A DNA stretch of 64,000 bases from an uncultured Clostridia bacterium (GTDB lineage Bacteria; Bacillota; Clostridia; Christensenellales; UBA1242): NCBI GenBank assembly GCA_944384405.1, contig CALWTH010000011.1, positions 9,904 through 73,903 on the forward strand, in the 5' to 3' direction. Every line of letters begins with the position of its first letter. Position 1 is the first letter of the stretch. Of this stretch, positions 10,625 through 20,966 are shown one piece after another. The notes under the pieces were generated by a model that saw only the letters and a list, made by a program, of their open reading frames with translations, was not told where the DNA came from and ran no database searches. Position numbers and translations under genes: made by a program.

Positions 10625-12097
10625 ATGGCACTAGCGAATGTAAAAACCATGCCACACAGCATAGAGGCAGAACAGTCAGTGCTTGCCTGCATGCTTATTG
10701 ACAACAATGTAGTCACAAAAATAACATCAAGACTTTCATCGTCAGACTTTTATAGTGAGGCACACAAAAGCATATACCAGTCTATGCTTGAACTAAACAA
10801 CACAAATCAGCCAATAGATTTTGTTACAGTTGTTGATAGACTTGAAAAAGACAACACTCTTTCGCAAGTCGGTGGTGCTGACTATATCAACACTTTGACC
10901 ACGGCACTTCCTAGTGCGGCAAACTTTTCAATATATGTTGATATTGTCAAAAGGGATAGTCTTTTACGTGCACTTATAAATGTTTCAAACCAAATTGCAG
11001 AAATGGCTTATTCGTCAGATGATGGGCAAAAAACGCTTGAATATTCTGAGGGACTTATTTATCAACTTGCAGAAAAACAACAACAAAGTGATCTTGAACA
11101 TATAGCCCCAGCGCTTAGTGAAGCCATATCAAATATGGACGAAATTGCCAAAAATGGTGGAAAAATCAAAGGTATTTCGTCAGGGATTAAGGAATTTGAC
11201 CAACTCACAAACGGACTTCAAAACAGCGACCTTATTTTGCTTGCTGCACGTCCTGGTGTTGGTAAAACATCTTTTGCACTCAATATAGCGATAAACGCTT
11301 GTTTAACGCAAAACAAGACTTGCGCTATATTCTCACTTGAAATGCCACGCATTCAACTTGCTCAGCGTGCTATATGCAGTGTTGCCAAGGTTAGTATGAG
11401 CAAAGCCAAAAAAGGCACACTTTCAGCAGAAGATTGGAAATATATTTGGACAGCAAACAAAAAACTCAGCGAAGCAAAAATATATATTGATGACTCTTCA
11501 ATGAATAGACCAAACGACATTTTGGACAAGTGCCGAAGACTAAAAAGAGAAAAAGGCCTTGACATTGTTGTCATAGACTATCTTCAACTTATGACAGGTA
11601 TGACAAAGACTGACAATCGTCAGCAAGAAATTAGTGAAATAACAAGATATTTAAAGATTACAGCCAAGGAGTTAAACGTTCCAATCATACTTTTGTCACA
11701 ATTAAGCCGTGCTATTGAACAGCGTAAAGACCACAAGCCAATGCTCAGTGACCTTCGTGAGTCTGGCGCTATTGAACAAGATGCAGATATTGTGCTCTTC
11801 ATTGACAATCCAGACAAATATAATGATGTTGTCAATCAAAACGAACCCGGAATATGCGAACTTGTTGTTGCAAAGCATAGAAACGGTGAAACTGGCAACA
11901 TTAAAATGAGATGGGTTCCAGAGTACACATTGTTTGTTGATCCTGACAAACGAATTGAAAAACGTGACTATGGTGATGGTGTCAAAATTGTACCAGACGG
12001 AGCGTATGGTGGTGAGCCAGAAAATAGTGACCAAGACCTTAAAGATTTTGACTTTGATGAAGTTGCGACGGCTTTCAACGACAAAAAAATTGACTAA
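10625..12097 (+). CDS. dnaB: Replicative DNA helicase
   Basis: PHSIEAEQSVL, AARPGVGKT, IDYLQL, LSQLSR, DLRESGAIEQDAD. Confidence 0.97.
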   Translation: MALANVKTMPHSIEAEQSVLACMLIDNNVVTKITSRLSSSDFYSEAHKSIYQSMLELNNTNQPIDFVTVVDRLEKDNTLSQVGGADYINTLTTALPSAANFSIYVDIVKRDSLLRALINVSNQIAEMAYSSDDGQKTLEYSEGLIYQLAEKQQQSDLEHIAPALSEAISNMDEIAKNGGKIKGISSGIKEFDQLTNGLQNSDLILLAARPGVGKTSFALNIAINACLTQNKTCAIFSLEMPRIQLAQRAICSVAKVSMSKAKKGTLSAEDWKYIWTANKKLSEAKIYIDDSSMNRPNDILDKCRRLKREKGLDIVVIDYLQLMTGMTKTDNRQQEISEITRYLKITAKELNVPIILLSQLSRAIEQRKDHKPMLSDLRESGAIEQDADIVLFIDNPDKYNDVVNQNEPGICELVVAKHRNGETGNIKMRWVPEYTLFVDPDKRIEKRDYGDGVKIVPDGAYGGEPENSDQDLKDFDFDEVATAFNDKKID

Positions 12098-12126
12098 TTT
12101 ATTTTATTTGTTTTGTTTTATTAATC

Positions 12127-12825
12127 ATGACCAAAATTCAAATATATAATATCTTAAAAATAAGTTTAATAGCAGTCGCCATCATGTTTGGCTTTGAACT
12201 GCTATTTAGTTTCGATTCAATAACAGACGCCATATCAAGCTATATTGCTAGCATGCATGGCGTCATTCTTTATTTAATAATATATTTGATTATGGTGATT
12301 CAGGTGTGTTTTATACCTGTTCCTGTTTATGTTGTTGTCAACGCTTGTATACTTATCGAAAGCATAAATTTGTCATTGACCAGTTCTGACGGTTGGATTT
12401 TCATAGCAGTCACCATGCTTGCATACATGACAGGAGTTGCAATTGCCTACCTTCTTGGCTTAAAGTTTGGAAGTAAAGCAGTGAGATGGTGTGCGGGAAG
12501 TGACGAAGACTATCAAAAATGGGTCAAAGTTTTTAACACGAAAGGCAAGTGGTATTATGCGCTAACCGTGCTATTGCCAGTGTTTCCAGATGACATACTT
12601 TGCATTGTCGCTGGGAGTGTGAAGATGAATTTTGGCTTTTTTATGATTGTCAATTTTATATGTAGATTTATTGGACTTATTGTCATGATTTATTCACTTG
12701 GCCTTGCTCAAAGTCTAAATGACGGCGGTTTTCCTTGGACAGTGCTTGGCTGGGGAATTGCACTTGTTTTGAATATTGTCGCACTTATAATTTTAGGAGT
12801 AAAAATTCGCAAAAAACATTCATAA
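12127..12825 (+). CDS. DedA/TVP38 (VTT domain) membrane protein
   Basis: Multiple TMs; QVCFIPVP and LLPVFPDDIL motifs. Confidence 0.8.
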   Translation: MTKIQIYNILKISLIAVAIMFGFELLFSFDSITDAISSYIASMHGVILYLIIYLIMVIQVCFIPVPVYVVVNACILIESINLSLTSSDGWIFIAVTMLAYMTGVAIAYLLGLKFGSKAVRWCAGSDEDYQKWVKVFNTKGKWYYALTVLLPVFPDDILCIVAGSVKMNFGFFMIVNFICRFIGLIVMIYSLGLAQSLNDGGFPWTVLGWGIALVLNIVALIILGVKIRKKHS

Positions 12826-12881
12826 AAATCAATGTTTGAACGCTTAATTATTGTGTTATACTAATGATGTTTGGAGAACTT

Positions 12882-15800
12882 ATGAAAAAACTATTTTTAT
12901 TTATCATACCAATTATTTTGTGCACATTTTTTGCAAGTGCCAAAATTTTGCCAAGTGTGTATGCACAAACTTCTGATAATACGCAAATAACATATTTTGC
13001 TTTTGGTGACTCAATAAGTGAAGGGACAGTGCTAGAAGAGAACAACTCTTCCCACAACACCCAAAACCGCTTTACAAATGTTTTGACTGACAACATGGAA
13101 CAACTTGTTAGCAGTGTGGACTACCAAAACTACGCAATAGCAGGTCACAAACTTGAAGATTTTGTAAATGTCTATAATAGTACCGAAAATCTTGATACTG
13201 CATCTATTGTCACACTTGATATTGGACCAAACAACATATTGGGACCTGCAACAGACACCCTTTTGGCACAAGCAAGCAACATAGGTTCTTTCATGAATAT
13301 GTCAAATGAAGAAATTGTAAACTATTTAATGCAAGAAGTTGATGCGGCAATGTCAGAAGGAGCACAGTATTTTGCAGATAATTTTGAACAAGACTTTTTG
13401 GATTTTTTGTCAAAACTCGATGAAAATGCAAATGTATATGTTATGAATATATACAATCCCTACAAAGACCTATCACTTCGTTTCAAAATCGATGTTGACC
13501 TTGAAGGTTTTTTACAAGTCCATAAAGATATAAATTTGCCTTTTGGGGATAAGACAAACGAATATTTAAACACGAAGTCTATAAGCATAAACAACACCAT
13601 TGAAAATACAATACAAAATATAAAGAAAAATCCGCAAGTGACACAAAATGTCACACTTGTTGATGTTAAAGGTGCTTTTGACGACTATTATTCAACATAT
13701 GGGATTGACGGTTACCGTTCATTAATTTTAATAAAAGATGAGGCAATAAATAGTCAAACAACACCACTTACTGCCGCTTTAATCGCTAAAATATCATATC
13801 TTATTGATCCACACCCATCGGACGCAGGGCATGCACTTATCGCACAAACATTTTGGAAGGAAATGAGTGGTGCATGCACACCAGAAAATTTTGAAATAAA
13901 ATATAACGATGCAACACTTTCTCAAAATACAGATGTTTTATATCAATATGGCGAGAGTTTGAATTTAACTTCAACGACTCCATTAATTTGGAAAACTAGT
14001 TCAACAATCCAAAACGGCACAACTTTTGATATACCATTTTCTAGTTTACAATTAAACACACAAAGTACATTAAAAGTGAGAGTGTTAAATGGAGACATTG
14101 CATCTTCTGTATATTATATATACAATTTAACTTCAATAATTGACGCAAGCATCACTATTGATAACATAGACAAAACTTTGGGTGATTTTAACTATTTTTA
14201 TACATACACTTTAAAAGCAAATTTTGAAAATAAAAATAAGATACCAGATGATTTGTTTAATATTGTTTGGACTGTCGACGGTGAAAAACAAAGTTCGTCT
14301 GGAAGACAATTGACATACATACCAAGTCGCAGTGGGACAATAGATGTTACTGTATCATTGCAGTATGATGGACAAGAAGTTGCTCAGGACACAACAACTT
14401 TTGTTGCAGAGAAAAACCAAACTACAATTTCTGAAATATCGCATAAACAACTATCTCAGCCAGGACCAAACCAATACCCAACCTATGAACTTACTGCAAC
14501 AGTGGTAAATTCAGATAATTTAGAGTTAACGGTTGTTTGGTACTCGGGTGGCCAAAAAATTGATGTGGGCGAAACAATTTCGTATACACCAACAGAAGAC
14601 GATGTAAATGTCTATGCAATTTTAGAGTATGAAGGCGAAGAAATTGTCTCGTCAAGATGTGATTACTCATTTATTGCAAATAAAGGTGGAGATATCAAAG
14701 TCTCACAAATAACATACACCGAAGAAAAAAATCCAGGCGATTATTCAACTTACACATTCACGGCAAGAGTAGAAAATCCAGAAAATTATGATGTCAAAGT
14801 TGTTTGGTATGTGGATAATCAAAAGGAGAAAGACGGCGAAACAATTACATACACACCAACACAAGATAATGTTAATTTGTATGCAATTTTAGAGTATGAA
14901 GGCGAAGAAATTGCTTCATCAAGATGTGACTATTCATTTGTGGCAAAAAAAAGTGCAAATATATTAGTTTCTGATATTGAATATACCGAGGAGAAAACTC
15001 CTGGGGAATACTCAACATACACATTTAGTGCGATAGTAGAAAATCCTGATAATTTTGATGTGATTGTTATTTGGTATGTAAACAACCAAAAGATTGACGA
15101 GGGTGAAACACTTTTGTACACACCAACTCAAGATGAAATATATATTCGTGCTATTTTAGTGTATGAAAGTCAGGAAGTTGAACAAAGCGAAAGTGAATTA
15201 TATTTAACAGTAAACAAATCAAATAGTGTATACATTCAAAATATTGAATTAAGTGAAAATAAATTCCCAGGCGAATATTCAACTTACACTTTAACTGCGA
15301 CAGTATCAAACCAAGACAATTTTGACGTCACTGTTGTTTGGACAAAAGGTGATGACGTTTTGGGAACAGGTGAAACTATTTTCTATAAGCCAACAAGTTC
15401 AGGGGAACAACTAATCGTTGCACATGTTGAGTTTAACGATCAACCATTACCAAACTCATACTTAGAAAAGACTTTTTTGGCAGAGCAAAGTCAATTGGTG
15501 TATGTTTCTAATATTGCTGTAACAGAACAAAAATTCCCAGGCGAATATTCAACTTACACATTTTCAGCAACTGTTCAAAACGATGAAAATTATGATGTTT
15601 TAATTGTTTGGAAAATTGGTCAAATGCAACTTGAAAATCACGAATTGTCAATAACTTACACTCCAAACAAAGACGAAAATGTTATTTTGACGGCATATGT
15701 TACCTATAATAACAAAAAAGTAGAAAATAGCGATTTTTCAACATCAATTACTTTTAAAAAGAGCAGCGTGGTCACAATAACTGGAATCACCAAAAAAGAT

Positions 15801-16412
15801 ATTTTGAAAGGACCTGGACAATTCAATTCCATAAAGTTCACTGCACAAGTAGACAATGAAGACGATTTTGATGTTGTTGTTGTGTGGGAGATAAACAATG
15901 TAGTTGTTGGGCAGGGCATAACTATTGAATATAATCCAAAATCAGCCGGAAATGAAGAAATAATTGCTTACTTATTAATAAATGGACAAAAAGTTGAAAA
16001 TAGTGAAAAATCATTGTCTTTTGATGTTTTTAAAAATGATATCTCAATAAAATCAATAGAAGTCCAAGAAACCAGAAATGGTATGAATAAAAATTACACA
16101 TATAAATTTACTGCAATAGTCGACAATCCTTACAACCTGACAGGTTATCAAATAAAATGGTATGTTGATGATGAGTTTGTTGCAAGTGGAACGATGTTTG
16201 AATTTACACCAACTTCTCTTAAAGAGCAAAATATTTGTGCTAAGATATACATCAATGATCAAACTTCACAAAGCCTAAGTGTTGAATATTTACTCCATCC
16301 ACAAAAAGACAACACACTAACAATTTTAATAGTTATTTTCGTGTTTGTCGGTGTCTTAACAATCGTTATTGCTATAATATTTATAAGAAAATACAGAAAA
16401 ACTCTATATTAA
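12882..16412 (+). CDS. Surface-anchored SGNH/GDSL hydrolase with a tandem Ig-like repeat stalk and C-terminal TM
   Basis: GGAG RBS; signal peptide; FGDSISEG and DPHPSDAGH; ~8 repeats of ~90 aa (YSTYTFTA...VVWYV...YTPT); TM plus basic tail. Confidence 0.8.
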   Translation: MKKLFLFIIPIILCTFFASAKILPSVYAQTSDNTQITYFAFGDSISEGTVLEENNSSHNTQNRFTNVLTDNMEQLVSSVDYQNYAIAGHKLEDFVNVYNSTENLDTASIVTLDIGPNNILGPATDTLLAQASNIGSFMNMSNEEIVNYLMQEVDAAMSEGAQYFADNFEQDFLDFLSKLDENANVYVMNIYNPYKDLSLRFKIDVDLEGFLQVHKDINLPFGDKTNEYLNTKSISINNTIENTIQNIKKNPQVTQNVTLVDVKGAFDDYYSTYGIDGYRSLILIKDEAINSQTTPLTAALIAKISYLIDPHPSDAGHALIAQTFWKEMSGACTPENFEIKYNDATLSQNTDVLYQYGESLNLTSTTPLIWKTSSTIQNGTTFDIPFSSLQLNTQSTLKVRVLNGDIASSVYYIYNLTSIIDASITIDNIDKTLGDFNYFYTYTLKANFENKNKIPDDLFNIVWTVDGEKQSSSGRQLTYIPSRSGTIDVTVSLQYDGQEVAQDTTTFVAEKNQTTISEISHKQLSQPGPNQYPTYELTATVVNSDNLELTVVWYSGGQKIDVGETISYTPTEDDVNVYAILEYEGEEIVSSRCDYSFIANKGGDIKVSQITYTEEKNPGDYSTYTFTARVENPENYDVKVVWYVDNQKEKDGETITYTPTQDNVNLYAILEYEGEEIASSRCDYSFVAKKSANILVSDIEYTEEKTPGEYSTYTFSAIVENPDNFDVIVIWYVNNQKIDEGETLLYTPTQDEIYIRAILVYESQEVEQSESELYLTVNKSNSVYIQNIELSENKFPGEYSTYTLTATVSNQDNFDVTVVWTKGDDVLGTGETIFYKPTSSGEQLIVAHVEFNDQPLPNSYLEKTFLAEQSQLVYVSNIAVTEQKFPGEYSTYTFSATVQNDENYDVLIVWKIGQMQLENHELSITYTPNKDENVILTAYVTYNNKKVENSDFSTSITFKKSSVVTITGITKKDILKGPGQFNSIKFTAQVDNEDDFDVVVVWEINNVVVGQGITIEYNPKSAGNEEIIAYLLINGQKVENSEKSLSFDVFKNDISIKSIEVQETRNGMNKNYTYKFTAIVDNPYNLTGYQIKWYVDDEFVASGTMFEFTPTSLKEQNICAKIYINDQTSQSLSVEYLLHPQKDNTLTILIVIFVFVGVLTIVIAIIFIRKYRKTLY

Positions 16413-16566
16413 TTTTTAACACAAACTCACATTGTAAAAATCATGACTGCTAAAATAAAAAATCTTATTTAAAAAAAAGTCCCCAAATAAGTTGTCTAGG
16501 TAAACTTAACTTAATTTGGGGCTTTTTAGTTTTTATATTTTTTATGTGAGTTGTTTGTGTCAACAA

Positions 16567-17208
16567 TTACTGTATTGTTTCTAATACAATGTCTATGTTG
16601 TTTTTAACAGGGGGGTCAATCTTTTGATCAAACTGTTTAAGTTCAAACACAATATTTACATAAAGTACTCCATTTTCTGGAATAGTGATTTGGTCAATAT
16701 TAACTGTATTTTCATTTGTGCTTGACAATGTATTAAGTGTGGCATCGGCAAGTTCTTCTTCACTTTCTGCCTGTTTATATGAAGTTGAAAATCTTTGGCC
16801 AATATCATATGCTATGTTTCTAAATTCAACTCCAACTGCGTTTACATTATTTAGATTGGTTATAACAAAAGTGAATGAAATCAATGTTTGCTCTGATGTG
16901 AAATTTGTTGGTCCAAGATCCCATTGCCAATCCCCACTAGTTTTAATTAATTCTTCATCGTCATATGCTTCTGGATTATCTCTGTTGATTTCAACATTGA
17001 CTTCTTGTCTTGCTCCATTTTGAAGCGCAGGCCCTTCGTATTTTGCGTTTATTCTAACAAAAACATTTTCATCACCATTGTCAAAAGATACCGTGTTTGA
17101 CACGCCGGAGTAGTTGGTGACAATGGAGTACACTCCAAATGTGAGAAGTGCCAAGCACAAAACAAGCATAATTACTACAATAGAAAGTCTTATATACTTT
17201 GATTTCAT
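16567..17208 (-). CDS. Secreted protein of the FGVYS family
   Basis: AAGGAG RBS; MKSKY...LLTFGVYS signal region; beta-rich body. Confidence 0.7.
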   Translation of the reverse strand: MKSKYIRLSIVVIMLVLCLALLTFGVYSIVTNYSGVSNTVSFDNGDENVFVRINAKYEGPALQNGARQEVNVEINRDNPEAYDDEELIKTSGDWQWDLGPTNFTSEQTLISFTFVITNLNNVNAVGVEFRNIAYDIGQRFSTSYKQAESEEELADATLNTLSSTNENTVNIDQITIPENGVLYVNIVFELKQFDQKIDPPVKNNIDIVLETIQ

Positions 17209-17358
17209 AACAAGCTCCTTATTTGTTTTTAGTATAAACCAAACCATAAAAAAAACAAAACATTTTTATCATATTAACAAAAATACAAAAAATAGTTGCA
17301 AAGAACTGTTTTGTGTGATAAAATACCACAGACTAGTTAATAAGGAAAGGAGAAACAA

Positions 17359-17622
17359 ATGCCAAACATAAAATCAGCAATAAAAAGAGTCAATGTAAAC
17401 AAAAAAAAGAATTTAGAAAACAAATCAATTAAGTCTCAGATAAACACTGCAGTTAAAAAGTTTGAAGATGCAGTTATTGCAAAAGATGTAGAAAACGCAA
17501 CAAATCTTTATACTGAGGCTGTTTCAGTGATTGATAGTGCAGCAACTAAAAATGTTATTCACAAAAATACCGCATCAAGAAAAAAATCAAGATTGGCTAA
17601 AAAAATTGACGCAATAAGATAA
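17359..17622 (+). CDS. rpsT: 30S ribosomal protein S20
   Basis: MPNIKSAIKR...IHKNTASRKKSRL. Confidence 0.97.
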   Translation: MPNIKSAIKRVNVNKKKNLENKSIKSQINTAVKKFEDAVIAKDVENATNLYTEAVSVIDSAATKNVIHKNTASRKKSRLAKKIDAIR

Positions 17623-17748
17623 TTTTTAGGTAACATCATAAAAACTTACGGCACATATTGTGTCGTATTTTTTTCATATTCTATATATAGGTATAGACAA
17701 ATATAAAAGTCTATGATATCATATAATATCGTATAATAGGAGATATTT

Positions 17749-19542
17749 ATGCCAACATCAAAATACCACAGAGTTTATAAATTTAAAAACGGAGCAACAC
17801 TTATCTACTTTAAACACAATGTCAATAACACCACGAGAGTTTCAAGTGCTTTTATTAGTGGTGCTCAAAAAGACATTATTCCAGGAACTGCACACTTTTT
17901 GGAGCATATGATGGCTAACCTTGGTGACAAACAAGATTTAACAAGAAGAAGTGATATTTATACCAATGCTTTCACTACATCCAGTTGCGTATGCTTTGAC
18001 TTAAACATTCCAAACAAGCACCTTGACCAAGGATTTGAAGTTTTGAAAGCCATGACATTTAATAGTGATTTTGATCCAGATTATTTTGAAAATGAACGCA
18101 AAGCCATACTTCAAGAAAAAGAACTTTATTCAGAGCAAACAAAGTATATCAGTGATTTGTACAATGAATCATATTCAAGGCAACAACTTATAGGTACTGA
18201 AGAAGATATAAATAAGATAACAATAAAAGACATAGAAGATTATAAAAAGCAAAACTTTGTTTCTGAAAACTTGGTCATTTGTGTAACAAGTTCGCTTGAT
18301 TTTGACACCATTAAACAAAAAGTTGAAGAAAGTATTATATCAAATCTTCCAAGTGATATAAGCAAGAAAAACACACCATATCAAGATAAAAAGAGAGTTC
18401 CAAAAAGTTACTTTATTTATCAACCTGTTTCTGATGTTAAGACACTTCAACTTACTTTCGCTATTGTTACAAAAATGTCTTTCGAAGGTGTAAATATTTA
18501 CGAGTATGTTGATGACTTTATATTCAATGATTCTTTCTCTGGACTTTTATTGGATAAATTCAGAACTAAAAAAGGTATTGTTTACAGTGCCCAGATGCAC
18601 AACGAATGTGGAGCAAATGACGATGTTTACAAAGTTTTTACAATCACCACGACAAAAGAGTACGTAAATGAAATCATAGAAACGCTTGCCGAAGTGCTTG
18701 ATATTGCACGAAAAGGCATGTCTATAAAGCAATATGATGATTTTATCTCGAAATTAAAAACGATTGAAACAGAAAGAAGAGTTCAGCAAAAATATTTGGA
18801 TTCAGCAACTATTTTGCAAAGATACATAATGGGTGATAGACTTTGGTTCAACAACCCTGTGCATAAAGCAGTTAAGTTGACCAGGGAACAAATAAACAAT
18901 TATTTAAGCAAAACATATAAAAACAAATCTATTTATTTTAACTTAGTAGGCGATTTTGATTTAGAAAATATTTATGGTCCAGTTAATGTTCAGGAGATGA
19001 CAAAATCCAAGCGTTTCGACTTGGTTCGTGCAAAAGATTCCACAGGAGTGTATTATTACTCTTCAAAAACAGGCGAAGATGTTGAAGAAAAAGATGTCAA
19101 AAACAGCGATAAACACACAGCATCTATCCAGGTTATTGAATCAGCTGATAACATGATCTCAAGCAAACTTATTCTTGCTTTATCGTCTGCACCAATGGAC
19201 GGCAAAATGATAATACTTGAAAGGTTATCAAGAATGTCGGGAGTTGACGATCTTGAACTTCGATTAAAGGAATTTAACGCAAAGAAAACACTTATTGAAA
19301 TGTTTGCAAAAAAACTCAATATCGAATTAGATTTGATAACAGGAGTGGTGAAAGAAGTTGAAGATAATAATGACAATGACGAAATTGACGAAAAACTTAA
19401 AGAATTAAGGCAATTACCTTTTGAAAAAAGATTGCAGTTAATTTCAATATTTGCAAAGAAATACAAACTTGATTTGGACTTCAATGTTCCAAGTTCGAGC
19501 AGTGAAAACGAAAGTGAAAATCAAGAAGAGATACAAAAATAA
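17749..19542 (+). CDS. M16 (insulinase) family zinc peptidase
   Basis: GTAHFLEHM (HxxEH), NAFT, RxKKGIVYS. Confidence 0.85.
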   Translation: MPTSKYHRVYKFKNGATLIYFKHNVNNTTRVSSAFISGAQKDIIPGTAHFLEHMMANLGDKQDLTRRSDIYTNAFTTSSCVCFDLNIPNKHLDQGFEVLKAMTFNSDFDPDYFENERKAILQEKELYSEQTKYISDLYNESYSRQQLIGTEEDINKITIKDIEDYKKQNFVSENLVICVTSSLDFDTIKQKVEESIISNLPSDISKKNTPYQDKKRVPKSYFIYQPVSDVKTLQLTFAIVTKMSFEGVNIYEYVDDFIFNDSFSGLLLDKFRTKKGIVYSAQMHNECGANDDVYKVFTITTTKEYVNEIIETLAEVLDIARKGMSIKQYDDFISKLKTIETERRVQQKYLDSATILQRYIMGDRLWFNNPVHKAVKLTREQINNYLSKTYKNKSIYFNLVGDFDLENIYGPVNVQEMTKSKRFDLVRAKDSTGVYYYSSKTGEDVEEKDVKNSDKHTASIQVIESADNMISSKLILALSSAPMDGKMIILERLSRMSGVDDLELRLKEFNAKKTLIEMFAKKLNIELDLITGVVKEVEDNNDNDEIDEKLKELRQLPFEKRLQLISIFAKKYKLDLDFNVPSSSSENESENQEEIQK

Positions 19543-19555
19543 CCGCTATTTGCGG

Positions 19556-19891
19556 TTATTTTTTATTTTGAATATTTAATCTTTTAATTATCACAACATG
19601 TTTAAAATCGCGCTTAATTTGTTCATTGGTTGGGAAAAATGGAAAAGACAAATTTTCAGCTCTTGTTTTTATGACAAATTTTCTAACATGTTCTTTCAAG
19701 TCTATTTCACATTGACTAATATCTTCATGTACAATATCTTTCATAACAATTCCAGGGACAAAGCCATGAATTTTGCCATTTTCACGCGTAAAGACAAGTG
19801 GTATGCTGATTTTTGTATTATCTTGTTGTTTTTCTGTCTTTTTTTCTTCATTTTGTTCAAAAGCAAAATAATTACGTTTAACAAATGCCAT
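19556..19891 (-). CDS. Hypothetical protein
   Basis: ORF with AGAGGG RBS before ATG 19891. Confidence 0.6.
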   Translation of the reverse strand: MAFVKRNYFAFEQNEEKKTEKQQDNTKISIPLVFTRENGKIHGFVPGIVMKDIVHEDISQCEIDLKEHVRKFVIKTRAENLSFPFFPTNEQIKRDFKHVVIIKRLNIQNKK

Positions 19892-19936
19892 AATAACCCT
19901 CTTTTTTGTGAAGTATAGCACAAAAAACACTTAAAA

Positions 19937-20230
19937 TCAATTATTATCTTCCAAAATAGCCTCATCTTCATTGTTTTTTCGTCTTTTTCTTTGAAACAAT
20001 ACAACTTTGCCCTTGTTTTTCAACATATTAAATAAAATAATAAGGCAGGCAACTCCTATTGCAATATACACAAGTCTTGAAAAAATGGAAGCCTGAGTTC
20101 CAAAAAATCCTGCAACAAAATCATACTGCAATAGTCCAATGCTCAGCCAATTCAGTCCTCCTAAAATTAGTACAATAAATGATATAATAACCATACATAT
20201 ATTTTGTGAATATTTTTTTGTTGTATTCAT
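19937..20230 (-). CDS. DUF378 family membrane protein
   Basis: LGGLNWLSIGL..DFVA..FG....SRLVY. Confidence 0.85.
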   Translation of the reverse strand: MNTTKKYSQNICMVIISFIVLILGGLNWLSIGLLQYDFVAGFFGTQASIFSRLVYIAIGVACLIILFNMLKNKGKVVLFQRKRRKNNEDEAILEDNN

Positions 20231-20260
20231 ATTATTTATAATAATAAATTAAAAAAATGA

Positions 20261-20289
20261 TTGACAAATTTGTGCTATGTTGTTAAAAT
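20261..20289 (+). promoter_or_regulatory. Sigma-A promoter of greA
   Basis: TTGACA-17-TAAAAT. Confidence 0.75.
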
Positions 20290-20356
20290 ACCACATGCTT
20301 ATTTAAAGGCGAGTGGCATAGCCACTGCATTTTTTTAATTATTTAGGAGGCTAATT

Positions 20357-20821
20357 ATGGAGCAAGTATATTTAACAAAAGAAGGGAAAAAACAGCTTGA
20401 AGAAAAGCTTGATTATTATAAAACAGTAAAAAGACCAGAAGTAATAAAAAGAATTGGGCTTGCTCGTGAGTTTGGAGATCTAAGCGAAAATTCCGAGTAT
20501 GATGCAGCAAAAGAAGAGCAGGCACGTATTGAAAGTGAAATAAGTGAGATGGAACAAAAACTTCGCGACTGTATTGTCATCACAAAAATTGACACTTCAA
20601 AAGTTACCATTGGCTGCAATGTTGAACTTTTGAATAATACACTAGGTCAAACTGTGACATACAAGATTGTTGGCTCAACAGAAAGCAATCCACTTCAAGG
20701 ACTCATCTCAAACGAGTCACCAGTGGGCAAAGCAGTGCTTGGCAAAAAGGTTGGTGAAGATGTTGTCGTCACCACTCCAAATGGAGATATTCATTTCACA
20801 GTCAAAAAAATATTTGCATAA
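20357..20821 (+). CDS. greA: Transcription elongation factor GreA
   Basis: GDLSENSEYDAAKEEQ, ISNESPVGKA. Confidence 0.97.
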   Translation: MEQVYLTKEGKKQLEEKLDYYKTVKRPEVIKRIGLAREFGDLSENSEYDAAKEEQARIESEISEMEQKLRDCIVITKIDTSKVTIGCNVELLNNTLGQTVTYKIVGSTESNPLQGLISNESPVGKAVLGKKVGEDVVVTTPNGDIHFTVKKIFA

Positions 20822-20966
20822 ATCATGTTAAAAAAAATGTTGAATATTGCGTAATTTTTACGCAATATTTTTTTGTTTTATATATCGACAAAAATACATT
20901 ATAAAACCAAAATTATTTCTTACCATTTTTTAAATTTTGCAATTATGCTTGAATTCGAGGTGAGAA

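Noticed and set aside
20884-20890. Spo0A box upstream of spoIIE
   Set aside because: Single mismatched 7-mer; too weak alone
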